From the NCBI RefSeq assembly GCF_001194135.2, contig NC_069009.1:8333760-8370259 (forward strand): a DNA stretch of 36,500 nt. Direction: 5' to 3'. Position numbers and translations under genes: made by a program. Position 1 is the stretch's first letter, and every line of letters begins with the position of its first letter. This document shows, piece after piece, positions 10,300-21,270 of this stretch. The stretch comes from Octopus bimaculoides (lineage: Eukaryota). The notes under the pieces are model-generated. The model saw nothing but the letters and a program-made list of their open reading frames with translations. It was not told the origin of the DNA and did not search any database.

Positions 10300-12373
10300 T
10301 ATAAATGAGATGGTAGATTATTGCCAATAGTGTATGAATAGGGTGTAGGGACTTCACATGAATGCAAAGTGTGTGGAGGTGGGGAATGCAGTGACTAGTG
10401 AAATGTGGGTGTCTAGAAAAAGTGGGTGGGGGGACAACTGTACAGCAATGAAACAGTGAGCACAGAACTGGGGAGCAATGTAGAGATGTACTTATATGCA
10501 GACAAGGAAAGTCTGCCAAATGGAGACCCAACTAAGGGACCAACTATCCAAATCGACAGTAGTTTGGTAGATAAAGCAATTAAGGATATGAAGGCAGGGA
10601 AAGCTCGTGGACCATTAATTTTCACCGCTGAGATACTTGAAATATCTGCTGGAGTGGGATGTGGCCTAGTTACCTGTATAGCTAATCAGGTTGTCCATGA
10701 GAGGGTCATACCCAATGACTGGTGTAGCAGCATTATAGTCAGCTGCTACAATGGCAAAGGTGATGTCTTAGACAGAAATAATTAAAGAGGCATCATATTA
10801 CTGGGCCAGGTGATGAAAGTCACAGAAAGGGTCATAGCTCAATTAATTAGGAAGAGAGTTAGCCTGAATGAGATGCAGTTTAGATTTGTGCCAAGTAGAA
10901 GTACAACTGATGTTATATTCATGGTTAGGCAACTGCAGGAGAAGTACCCAGCCAAAAATAAACCTCTGTACTTGGCTTTTGTTGACATGGAGAAAGCCTT
11001 TCACAGGGTCCTCACTTCCCTTATCTGATGGTCAATGCAGAAGCTAGGGATAGATGAGTGGTTGGTGAGAGCTGTACAAGCCATGTACAGGGATGCTACA
11101 GGTAAGGTGAAGGTTGGCAATGAGTATAGCAATGGATTCAGTGTACAGGTAGGAGTTCATCAGGGGTCAGTTCTCAGCNNNNNNNNNNNNNNNNNNNNNN
11201 NNNNNNNNNNNNNNNNNNNNNNNNNNNNNNNNNNNNNNNNNNNNNNNNNNNNNNNNNNNNNNNNNNNNNNNNNNNNNNNNNNNNNNNNNNNNNNNNNNNN
11301 NNNNNCTTAGAGTTAATTTAGCAAAAACAAGAGTCCTAGTAAGTAAGAAAACAGACAAATCACAAGTCCCTTCAGAGAGAAGGTGCTGCTTGGTATGTAA
11401 GAAGGGTGTTGGTGGAAACTCCTTACTTTGTACCCAGTGCAAGCTTTGGACACCTAAGAGGTATAGCAATATCACAGGAAGGTTAACAGAGAAAATAGTC
11501 TTTGTGTGTGGCAGATGTGTGGGTACAATAAGCACTAATAATACACAAGCAATAGACTCCCTCAAATGCTTGGGGTTATCATTAGAATTAGTAGAAAACC
11601 TCTGTTACCTAGGTGACCAAGTTAGCAGTGGAGGAGGTAGTTCTGAAAGTGTAAGTTGCTAGAATAAGAACAGGCTGGGCAAAGTTTAGAAAGGTTCTAC
11701 CTTTGTTCGTAACTAAAGGCCCCTCCCTCAGAGTGAAAGGTAGATTGCATGAGGCCTCTGTACGTACAGCTATGTTACATGGCAGTGAAACATGGACTTT
11801 GACTACAGAAGACTTGCGAAGGCTTGAAAGAAATGAAGCTAGCATGAGTAATGAAGCTGGATGGGTAATGTCTGTGTGCATGCATGACAGAGTGTAAGTG
11901 ACTGAAGTGGAAAACTGGGTATAAGAGGCATTAGATGATATGTGTAAGAGAGAAGCCTGCACTGGTTTGGTCATGTGATGCAGATGGATGAGGACAGCTG
12001 TGTAAAGAAGTGCCGAGCTCTAATTGTGGAAGTGGTAGACTCAGAAAAACATGGGATGAAGTGGTGAGAAAGGATCTTCAGACGCTGGGCCTCACTGAGG
12101 AAATGACAAGGGATCAGGAGATGTGGCAATTTGCTGTACTTGAGAAGAGGTGTCAAGCTAAGTAAAATCATGGTCATCCATCTATACAGGCTTGTAAACA
12201 CACTCGTGTCTGTATAAAGCACCCGGCACACTCTGTAAAGTGGTTGGCATTAGGAAGATCATCCAGCTGTAGAAACCCTGCCAAAACAGACAACTGGTAT
12301 CTGGACATCTACCTGGCTGGTCAGTTCCTGTCAAACCATCCAACTCATGCCAATATAGAACACAGACATTAAA

Positions 12374-12378
<5 letters not shown>
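10300..12378 (+). mobile_element. RTE-clade LINE, 5'-truncated and decayed (RT plus 3' end)
   Basis: Frames give KAIKDMKAGKARGP, QFRFVPSRSTTDVIFMVRQLQEKY, LAFVDMEKAFHRV, VGVHQGSVLS, a CxxC-rich insert, YLGDQV and WFGHVMQM. There are stops and frameshifts, and the 3' UTR ends in acattaaatga + (TA)n. Confidence 0.92.
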
Positions 12379-12409
<31 letters not shown>

Positions 12410-12418
<9 letters not shown>

Positions 12419-12621
12419 ACTTGGGGATGGTCATATTGCCAGTTTAGCCAATAAAAACACACGCACTGTATATTTGGTGTTAATTTGCTTCAGCTTTATA
12501 TTACATTAATCTTAATCTTATTTCGGCCAGAGTTCTTTCGTCACACTTCTGTGACCTCATCAGTGGTCCTTTGTTTCCTTCTTTCTTATGTGTGTCTCAC
12601 CTTGCTAGCTATCAGCCATTT

Positions 12622-12625
<4 letters not shown>
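12410..12625 (-). mobile_element. Penelope-pLTR-like repeat between (TA)n tracts, carrying a hammerhead motif
   Basis: Near-identical second copy at about 34070-34187; contains CTGATGA...CGAAA on the minus strand. Confidence 0.6.
12525..12569 (-). ncRNA. Minimal type I hammerhead ribozyme motif
   Basis: GGACCA-CUGAUGA-G-GUCAC(agaagu)GUGAC-GAAA-GAAC-UC^-UGGCC: intact core boxes, 5-bp stem II, stem I CCA/UGG plus GG/CC, minimal stem III. Confidence 0.65.
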
Positions 12626-12658
<33 letters not shown>

Positions 12659-13059
12659 TCGTACATACACACACATATACATATATATGTAGATATATAG
12701 ATATACATACATATCTAGATACACACTAACACACATGTACATGCATTTATGTGCACATGTAGATATACAGAAATACAGATATAAATATAAATACATGCAT
12801 ACAGGAACCCCACATGAAAACAAGCACAGTCACACACACACGATTATCATCAACATCACCATTTAACGCCCATTTTCAATGCTGATGAGGTGAATGGTTT
12901 AAGAGAAGTTGGTAAGCCAGAGAACTGCACAGAGCTCCAGCCTGGTTTGGCCTGATTTCTACAACTGGCAGCCCTTCCTAACATCAACCACTTGTAGTGA
13001 CTCTTAAGGATTCCAACCTAAAACACGGATGATTTTTCTTTTGCCAGTTACTCAGTAAC

Positions 13060-13290
13060 CCTGTTCGTACTGGTGCCTTGTAAAATGCATCAGTGCCAGT
13101 GCCACAAAAAAAGTACCCATACCACTCTGTAACACGGCTAGCATTAGGAAGAGCATCCAACTGTAGAAACCAAGCCAAAACATGACTGGAACCTGATGCA
13201 GCTCCCCAGCTCTAAACAAACTGTTCAACCCATGCCAGCATGGAAAGCAGACATTAAATAAAGATGATGATGGTAATGACAATGATGATG
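13060..13290 (+). mobile_element. RTE-type 3' tail fragment
   Basis: cattaggaagagcatccaactgtagaaac...ccatgccagcatggaaagcagacattaaataagatgatg. Confidence 0.7.
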
Positions 13291-13451
13291 ATGAATTCTG
13301 CCAAGGTAAAATAGTAAATAGTTGAGTATATTCTTTCGATTGACACTAAGCTTATTACATATAACCAGTTACTACAAGAATATAGAAACTTTAAATAATA
13401 ATTTACATTATTTACATTTGACAGATATTTGTCCTCATCTTGTTTGTTGTT

Positions 13452-13497
13452 AACACAATGTTTCGGCTGATGTACTCTCCAGCCTTCATCAGGTGCC
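13452..13497 (-). ncRNA. Minimal hammerhead ribozyme motif (left arm)
   Basis: GGCAC-CUGAUGA-A-GGCUG(gagaguacau)CAGCC-GAAA-CA-UU^-GUGUU. Confidence 0.65.
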
Positions 13498-13557
13498 TTG
13501 GGGGGAAATTTCAAACCTGGGTTCTCATCCTTAAAGTATTTTTCGATGCTGCTGCTC

Positions 13558-13616
<59 letters not shown>

Positions 13617-13633
13617 ACTATTATTATTATTAT

Positions 13634-13706
13634 GGTCAATGCCTGGAATCAAACTTGGAATCTTGGGGTTAGTAGCCCACGCTCTTAACCACTAAGCCCT
13701 ATGCCC
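13634..13706 (-). ncRNA. tRNA-derived Pol III head (not a functional tRNA)
   Basis: gggcatagggcttagtggttaagagcgtgggctactaaccccaagattccaagtttgattccaggca: A-box-like GGCTTAGTGG, B-box-like GTTTGATTCC. Confidence 0.65.
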
Positions 13707-13725
13707 AGGTTTGAAATTTCCCCAA

Positions 13726-13771
13726 GACTCCTGATGAAGGCTGGAGGGTATATCAACCGAAATGCTGTGTT
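13726..13771 (+). ncRNA. Minimal hammerhead ribozyme motif (right arm, more decayed)
   Basis: GACUC-CUGAUGA-A-GGCUG(gaggguauau)CAACC-GAAA-UG-CU^-GUGUU. Confidence 0.55.
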
Positions 13772-14439
13772 AACAACAAACAAGATGAGGACAAATATCT
13801 GTCAAAATGTAAATAATGTACATAATTCCCCATCTCTTAAATATAGAACTGTTTCAAATAATAATGGTTGAAAATTACTTCATCCTCATCAAATAAAAAA
13901 AAATAATAATACTCATGCCTGTAAATTCCTTCATTATTATTGTATTATATGTTTATATACATTTATCCTCTTAACTAAAATGATGTGAGTAAAGATGCAC
14001 ATCAGTTCCAGATATATAGATTAATGGCCAAATCTTTTAGTTTTATTTGAACTAGAATAGATAACAAGCATTGAAGTTGCAGCTATATTTTATATTTCAT
14101 TATCATTATTTTTTTGAGTTAGGTGCATGTGTATATGATTGTGTAGAGATAGATATGAATATATATGGGAACACATATTTAAGCTTAAGCTGCCTTTCAT
14201 AGATGTGTGCATATATATATATACACATGTGGTAGCGGGTAGAAAAATTAAAAGTTATATATGTATGTATAAGAGTGTGAATGTGCTTGCATGTTTGCTT
14301 GAGTGTGTAAGCACATAAAGTTGCCTTTCACTAACCAAGCTCCTAACAATCCTAACACAACTAACACCAAGCGGTTCTCAACTGGGGTCCATGGTAGTAT
14401 TTTAGTGGCCCATGACAAAACTTTGCTTTGGATATATTT

Positions 14440-14606
14440 ATCATAGGTGCAGGCATGGTTGTGTGGTAAGAAGCTTGCTTCCCAACCACATGGTTCTGGC
14501 TGCAGTTCCACTGTGTGGCACCTTGGGCTAGTGTTGTCTACTACAGCTTCTGGCCAACCAAAGCCATGTGAGTGGATCTGGTGGATGAAAACTGAAAGAA
14601 GCCAGT

Positions 14607-14641
<35 letters not shown>

Positions 14642-14860
14642 GTGTGTGTCTGTGTTTGTCCCCGCCCCACCATTGCATGACTTCCACTGCTGGTATGTTT
14701 ATGCCCTCATAACTTAGCAGTTCGGCTAAAGAGACTGATAGAATAAATACTAGGTTTACAAAGAATAAGTTCTGGGATCGATTTCTTCAACTAAAACCTT
14801 CTAACGTGGTGCTCCAGCATGGCCACAGTCAAATGACTGAAACAAGTAAAAGAACTACAA
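14440..14860 (+). mobile_element. tRNA-derived SINE family B copy
   Basis: Same head, microsatellite and tail organisation. Confidence 0.85.
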
Positions 14861-14869
14861 GAACATCCA

Positions 14870-15130
14870 AGAACAATGCCAGCAACAGTGACCATTGGAA
14901 ACCAAGTCTGGTGGGAGAGGCTGATGGTTTGGCCACATCTGCAGGATGAGCAGCTTTGTCGTAGCAGTGCCTCACTCACTGGAGAATCCAGTGCAATGCA
15001 CCAAAGAAGACATGGGTGAACCAAATTAAGGAAGACTAGAAGTCACAGTGCTTCAACCTCAAGCATGCTAAGGCCAGCACCATGGATTGGGAGGAATGGA
15101 GTAATATTATCACCAGAGTTTGTCAACCAG
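14870..15130 (+). mobile_element. Old LINE ORF2 C-terminal remnant
   Basis: Degenerate W.NQIKED...KHAKASTMDWEEWSNII, resembling RTE-like C-termini. Confidence 0.4.
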
Positions 15131-15224
15131 CAGCATAGTGGTTGAGAGGACAGCCTCACCCTTTGCTTGCCAGATAGCTATTCTACTTACTTTCTTATAG
15201 CAAGAAACAGCTAGGTTTCTTTCT

Positions 15225-15398
15225 GAGGTGTGGCTATGTAGTAAGAAGTTTGCTTCACAATCACATGGTTCTGGCTTCAGCCCCACTGCATGGCATTTTG
15301 GGCTAGTGTCTTCTATTGTAGTCTCAGGCTGACCAAAGCTTTGTGAATGGATTTGGTCGATGGAAACTGAAAGAAGCCAGTCACATATATACATGTAC

Positions 15399-15435
<37 letters not shown>

Positions 15436-15660
15436 TATCTGTATTTGTCCCCCAACCGCCACTTGACAACCAGTGCTGGTGTGCTTCCGTTCCAGTAACT
15501 TAGCAGTTTGATAAAATAGACCGATAAAATAAGTGCCCAGTTTTAAAAGAAATAAGTTCTGTGGTTCATTTGGTCAACTAAAACCCTTCAAAGCACTGCT
15601 CCAGCATGGCTGCATTCAAATGACTGAAAGAAGTAAAACGATAAAAGATAAAAGAAAAGA
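15225..15660 (+). mobile_element. tRNA-derived SINE family B copy
   Basis: Same organisation; boundaries supported by a paralogous empty site at about 16253-16290. Confidence 0.85.
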
Positions 15661-15911
15661 TAATGTTTTCCATCTTTCAACATGTTTCCAGCCACTGAAA
15701 CACATTCTCTCAAAGAGAACTATTTACAAACCTACACAAGTGAACATGTGAAAAACAAAACAGTTATTTTGAAAGGAGTGTCTATAAAACTAGCTTTTAA
15801 ACACTGAATGGCTATGGGGATCCACCAGAATAAAATAATAATCAAAGGAGGTCTATGCAAGTAAAATAGCAAAATAGCAAATTGGGGATTTACAGTAGTA
15901 TATTAAGGGTC

Positions 15912-16225
15912 ATCATCATCATCATCGTTTAACGTCTGCTTTCCATGCTAGCATGGGTTGGACGATTTGACTGAGGACTGGTGAAACCAGATGGCTACAC
16001 CAGGCTCCAATCTGATTTGGCAGAGTTTCTACAGCTGGATGCCCTTCCTAACGCCAACTACTCCGAGAGTGTAGTGGGTGCTTTTACGTGCCACCGGCAC
16101 GAAGGCCAGTCGGGTGATACTGGCAACAGCCACACTCAAAATGGTGTCCTTTATGTGCCACCTGCTCGGAAGCCAGTCCAGCGGCACTGGCAACGATCTC
16201 GCTCGAATGTCCTTGCATGTGCCAG
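15912..16225 (-). mobile_element. SINE-like family A copy
   Basis: Reverse complement of family A, starting with (CAT)n on the + strand. Confidence 0.85.
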
Positions 16226-16818
16226 GGCACTTGTTTTAGGTGTATGTATTGCAGGAAACAGCTAGGTTTCTTTTTCTAATGTTTTACACAGACCAACTTA
16301 ATGTGTGAAAAACAAAATAGGAATTTTGAAAGAAACAATTATAAAACTACATTTAAAACATATAATGGCTATAAGGCTTCACCAGAATAAAATAGGCATT
16401 AAAGGGGTTCACAAATAAAAAAAAGGGTTAAGCACCACTGACCTAAACCATTTATCATTGTTAACTAAGATAGCTTAGGGATTTGATTTTCTTTTTTTCC
16501 CCAAGACATCCTGACTAAAATACCCTTCATTACTTCTTTCTCTCTCTCTATTTCACTGATAAAATAAAAAATAATCTTCTGTAAAAAGATCACTCTCTTA
16601 AGTTTTTTCGCAGTTCTATCTAGAACTACCAACTAATTGACATTGGTAAATAAAACCAGATTGAATTACTGTTTTCTTCTGAAAATCTAACACTTCAGTG
16701 TTATGCTATCATCCATGTAATGATTGCTGCATAATCTACTAGTATTCGTTAGTGGAACAAGTAACAATTATGTAATTTATGATGATGTTATAATAAAAAA
16801 ACAATTACACTGTTCAGT

Positions 16819-16824
16819 TTTATT
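16819..16824 (-). terminator. Candidate NUF2 polyadenylation signal (AATAAA)
   Basis: AATAAA on the minus strand about 375 nt past the stop. The motif is common in AT-rich DNA, so support is weak. Confidence 0.25.
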
Positions 16825-16915
16825 CTACTCATTAAAATCCATCCAAATATACATACTCATGTATCTCCACCCACACAAGCATTTATGTCCCATGCCAGTA
16901 TGAAAGATGATGATG

Positions 16916-16953
<38 letters not shown>

Positions 16954-17198
16954 AAAGTGTGTGTGTGTGTGTGTGTGTGTGCAAGAGACACACACAAACA
17001 CACAGAAATAGACAGAAGCACACACACATATCAAGAAATATTTACAATTTGAAAATGATGTCTTTGATGTAGTAGTAGTAGATATAGTGGTAGTGGTGTT
17101 GTGATTGTAGCAGTGGTCAGCTTATTTGGTCTTCTTCAGAAATAGGTGGTACAGATGGTAGTAGCAGTGGTGGTACAGGGAAACTAAGAATGACCTCC

Positions 17199-17246
17199 TT
17201 AATCCACAACCAAGTTCTTCTTTAGAAAGAGATGGTATTTATCCAA
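17199..17246 (-). CDS. NUF2: NUF2 terminal coding exon: LDKYHLFLKKNLVVD*
   Basis: Strong acceptor ttttttcttattattacag, phase 0. The joined sequence ILQE-LDKYH parallels the Nuf2 C-terminal L.KYH motif (human ALEKYH). Too short for the ORF track. Confidence 0.75.
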   Translation of the reverse strand: MDKYHLFLKKNLVVD

Positions 17247-17289
17247 CTGTAATAATAAGAAAAAACAATAGAAATAATGATAATAATAA

Positions 17290-17510
17290 TGGTGGTTTCA
17301 AATTTTGCCACAAGGGCAGCAGTTTTGCAAGAGGGGATGAGTTGATTACATTGACCCCAGTGTTCAACTGGTACTTATTTTATCAACCCTGAAAGCTTGA
17401 AAGGCAAAGTCAACCTTGGTGGAATTTGAACTCAGAATGTAAAGACAGACAAAATGCTGCTAAGCATTCTGCCTGGAGTGCTAACAATTCTGCCAGCTCA
17501 CCACCTTATA
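17290..17510 (-). mobile_element. tRNA-derived SINE family C, probably Nin/Deu-domain type
   Basis: On the minus strand: head ggtggtgagctggcagaattgttagc, B-box gagttcaaattcc, central gactttgcctttcaagctttcagggttgataaaataagtaccag, resembling the Nin domain as recalled. Confidence 0.65.
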
Positions 17511-18333
17511 TCTATGTAAAGAAAAGTGAAATTCTGTCTGTCTGGGACCCCTGTATCTCAGTCTATATTTGCTCTACATAGACATATCGTACCTTTTTGG
17601 AATCAGGATGATCTCTGGATTGAAAATCTGATCTTCATTTAGTTCTTGAACATCCAGCATTGGGATCTGATGTAAGAGCATTTGGGCTGCTATTTCTAGC
17701 AGGTAAAGCGCCTCTCAGAGGTTTCAAACAGTTTACAAGAATTACCTCCCTTAGCTATTCTGTGTCAGAAAACTGACCAAACCTTTTGAATTTAATACCA
17801 AAACTTTGTGACAGTTACCTACAATAATAAACATGATATCCTGTCTCAGAGAAAACTGACTGGAACTGTGAATTTCATACCCAAACTTTGTAAGTTCAAG
17901 ACATATTTTCAATTCAGTTCATTTAAAACTAGAATTAATGTGAGCGGTTTCATGTTTGTGAGGTTTCAAAGTTCCGTAGGGTTTGTGAATTGAAGCAGTC
18001 ATAACGAAATATNNNNNNNNNNNNNNNNNNNNNNNNNNNNNNNNNNNNNNNNNNNNNNNNNNNNNNNNNNNNNNNNNNNNNNNNNNNNNNNNNNNNNNNN
18101 NNNNNNNNNNNNNNNNNNNNNNNNNNNNNNNNNNNNNNNNNNNNNNNNNNNNNNNNNNNNNNNNNNNNNNNNNNNNNNNNNNNNNNNNNNNNNNNNNNNN
18201 NNNNNNNNNNNNNNNNNNNNNNNNNNNNNNNNNNNNNNNNNNNNNNNNNNNNNNNNNNNNNNNNNNNNNNNNNNNNNNNNNNNNNNNNNNNNNNNNNNNN
18301 NNNNNNNNNNNNNNNNNNNNNNNNNNNNNNNNN

Positions 18334-18493
18334 GGACTTTTGGCCTGATTGGACTTCTGGCCTGATTGGACTTCTGGCCTGATTGGACTTTTGGCCTGAT
18401 TGGACTTTTGGCCTGATCAGACTTTTGGCCTGATTGGACTTTTGGCCTGATTGGACTTTTGGCCTGATTGGACTTTTGGCCTGATCAGACTTT
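18334..18493. repeat. 17-bp tandem minisatellite (GGACTTTTGGCCTGATT)n, about 9 units visible
   Basis: Directly visible; continues into the gap at 18013-18333; lies just 5' of the Helitron coding remnant. Confidence 0.95.
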
Positions 18494-18559
18494 CGACTAG
18501 ATTGAACTTTCAAACCACATTTGATTTTCAAACCAAAGATTGTATTTTAGATCTGATTC

Positions 18560-20545
18560 AAAGTTAAAGTGAGTTTCTGAAGTTCCATGGTGTGAATTGC
18601 GGAATTTCATTTCATACTCTTACAGAAATTGCTTTGGAAAAGCACTAAGACCAGAACTCTTAGGAAAAGAGAGAGAAGAGCAGCAGAGACATCAGAGGAG
18701 GCACAAGCAAGGAGAGAAGCAGATGCAGCTAGGAAGAGAAGATATAGAGGTGCAGAAGATGACAGTCAGACTTTCTTAAGGAGAGAGGCAGATGTTGCAA
18801 ATCATAGAAAAGCAGGATCTTTAGAAACACCTGATCAAAGATATGCCAGGTTAGTGATAATCACAATCATGCCAAAAGCAGTGCAGCTTCTTTTCTGAGC
18901 CTGTCCAGCCTGGCTTTTCAATACAACTGCCACAGTGACTATTCGATTCATCCCAATATATCTATTCGATCAATGACCATTCAGTGTGAACATTGCAATG
19001 CCTTCAAATTCAAAGCTGGCTCTGAAGGAATATGTTGCAGTAAAGGAAAAATACACCTGGACGATCTACTAGCTCCTCCAGAGCCATTGTTATCACTTCT
19101 GGATGGGAACTCAGCTGAATCGAAACATGTTTTTCATCACATCAGAAGTAACAACAACTATTTTTCAATGACTTCATTTGGAGCCAAGGATGATACAATA
19201 CCTGGATGGAAAACAACCTGCAAAATTAAGGGTCAAGTTTATCACAGGATTGGATCTCTTCAGCCACTTCCAAATGAGCTCAAGCAGTTTCTCTGAATCT
19301 ACTTCATTGAAAATTACTAGAAACAGGTGGATGCAAAAAGAAATATTCCCCAGGAATTGGAATCGAATATCATTCTGGATCTTGAAGAATTGTTACATCA
19401 AGAGAATTCATGTGTCAAGGAGTTCAAGTCAGCAATGCAAAGAGGAGGTTCTGAGGACTTGAAAGTAATGATTAGATCAGACAAAAACTCCTTCTAGAGA
19501 ACATAAAAGAAGATTTAATGCTACAACAAATGAAGTTGCCATTCTCATTGTAGCACAAGACTTTGACAAAAACAGAGACACAGCTCTCCAGAAACAGGAT
19601 GGAACACTTCAAAATGTTGCAGACACTCACAGATCCTATGATGCTCTGCAGTATCCACTGATTTTTTTTGGCAAGGAACTGATGGGTACCACTGGACTGC
19701 AGACAAACAAGATATCAGCCCAGGACTTTTATGCATAAAGAATCATGCTGAGGTAAAACAACTTCAACCATCTGCTCAGACTTGACCAATTGTTAAATCA
19801 GTTCTTTGTCAACATGTATGCCAAAATTGAATCTGAAACGCTTCTTTTTATCAAGTTGAATAAAAAAAAAAAGGCTGAGGACTTACATTTATCTCAGAGA
19901 TGCAATACAAAATGATGGACATGCACACAATGCAGGACAAATAGCAATTCTTCCATCTTCATTTACTGGTGGTCCAAGATACATGCATGAGAGGGTTCAA
20001 GATGCACACACTTGTGTCAGAAACCTGATCTTTTCATCACCTTCAAGAGAACCTACTTAATGGACAGTCAGCAACAGGTAGACATAACATAGGGGTGAGC
20101 GTGTTCAAGCTTAGAGTTGAGCAGCTTATGGATTGTACTTCCAAAGGAGAAATATTTGGTGCTAAGAGATGTCACATGTATTCCATTGAATGGCAGAAAA
20201 GAGAATTGCCCCATGCTCATCTTCTGGTATGGCTGAAAGACAAGATCAAGCCAACAGATATTGATAGTTTCATCTCAGCTGAACTTCCAAATCCAGATGA
20301 GGATCTTGATCTGTTTGAAATTGTCAAGAAAAACATGATTCACAGTCCCTGTGGACCACTCAATGCAAATCCAAACTCACCTTGCATGGATGAGAACAAG
20401 TGCAGCCAGAATTATCCAAAGGATTTTGAAAAAGAAACTCAAACAGATACTGATGGCTATCCCACCTACAGAAGAACTCCTGAAGAAGGAGGATTTTCAT
20501 TCAAGCTTCACAAAAATGGTCAGGAAATAATAGTAGATATCAAGT
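18560..20545 (+). mobile_element. Helitron Rep(Hel) pseudogene, N-terminal to Rep domain
   Basis: Charged repeats, then CEHCNAFKF...CCSKGK, FSMTSFGA, GQVYHRIGSL, SYDALQYP, LPSSFTGGPRYM, IEWQKRELPHAH (Rep motif 2) and GYPTYRR (motif 3); many stops and frameshifts; helicase absent. Confidence 0.92.
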
Positions 20546-21270
20546 CTAGCAGAAGGCTTTGAAAGAAATATCAAGACTGGCAAGAAAAGCCATTGCATGG
20601 ACAACACCTCAAATGAGCTGTGGAAGCTGATGGAGAATTGAGAAGAACCCATTGATGGCTGCAGAGTATTGGCTTGAAAGCTGAAACAGAAGGATTTATT
20701 TTAGTCACACAAGATCAGAGTATCCTCACTCAGAACTATCAAGCTAATGTCGCACATAATGAGGTAGACACAAAGTGTAAACTCTGCAATGACAAATTTG
20801 AGAATATTGACCACATTGTTGCCGGATGCTCAGTCCTTGCCCTACAGAATACAAAATTAGGCATGGTTCAGTTGACCAATACTTGCACTGGAGCATGCCG
20901 TAACTATGATATTCCACACTCTAAGAACTGGCATGAACACCATCCAGAGTCAGTCACTGACGGAGAGAATGTCACCATCCTATGAGATTATGGGATACAT
21001 ACAGACAGGTAAATAAATGCTAACAGACCAGACATAATCATCAAAGACCTAAGACAAAAACATGGCTGTTAACTGATATACCAGTGCCTACTGATAGAAA
21101 CATCTCAGCAAAGGAATTTGAAAAACTCTTAAAATATAAGGACCTAGAGATTGAGATATCTAGGACGTAGCAATTAAAAATTAAAACCATTCAAGGTACC
21201 CTGGGAATGATCAAGAGAAGTACTGACGAATTTTTTTTATCAGATCCCAGGGAAACCAAACCATGCCTCC
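20545..21270 (+). mobile_element. Dong/R4-like non-LTR retrotransposon 3' fragment (CCHC knuckle plus restriction-like endonuclease)
   Basis: WQEKPLHGQH, GLKAETEGFIL..QDQ, KCKLC....ENIDHIVAGC, WHEHHPESV, NRPDIIIKD, KYKDLEIEI. Confidence 0.85.

Larger units (their letters stand above)
13400..13852 (-). mobile_element. Composite element: tRNA-like head + (AAT)n + Penelope-like hammerhead tail, with an inverted tail copy 5' of the head
   Basis: Arms at about 13400-13521 and 13704-13822 are reverse complements; head at 13634-13706; microsatellite at 13558-13632. Confidence 0.75.

Noticed and set aside
13254-13688. Poly-N and poly-I ORFs (likewise 30355-30615, 23061-23480 N-terminus, and the YI/HT/CV-repeat ORFs)
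   Set aside because: Microsatellite translations; only the splice-bounded part of 23061-23480 is coding.
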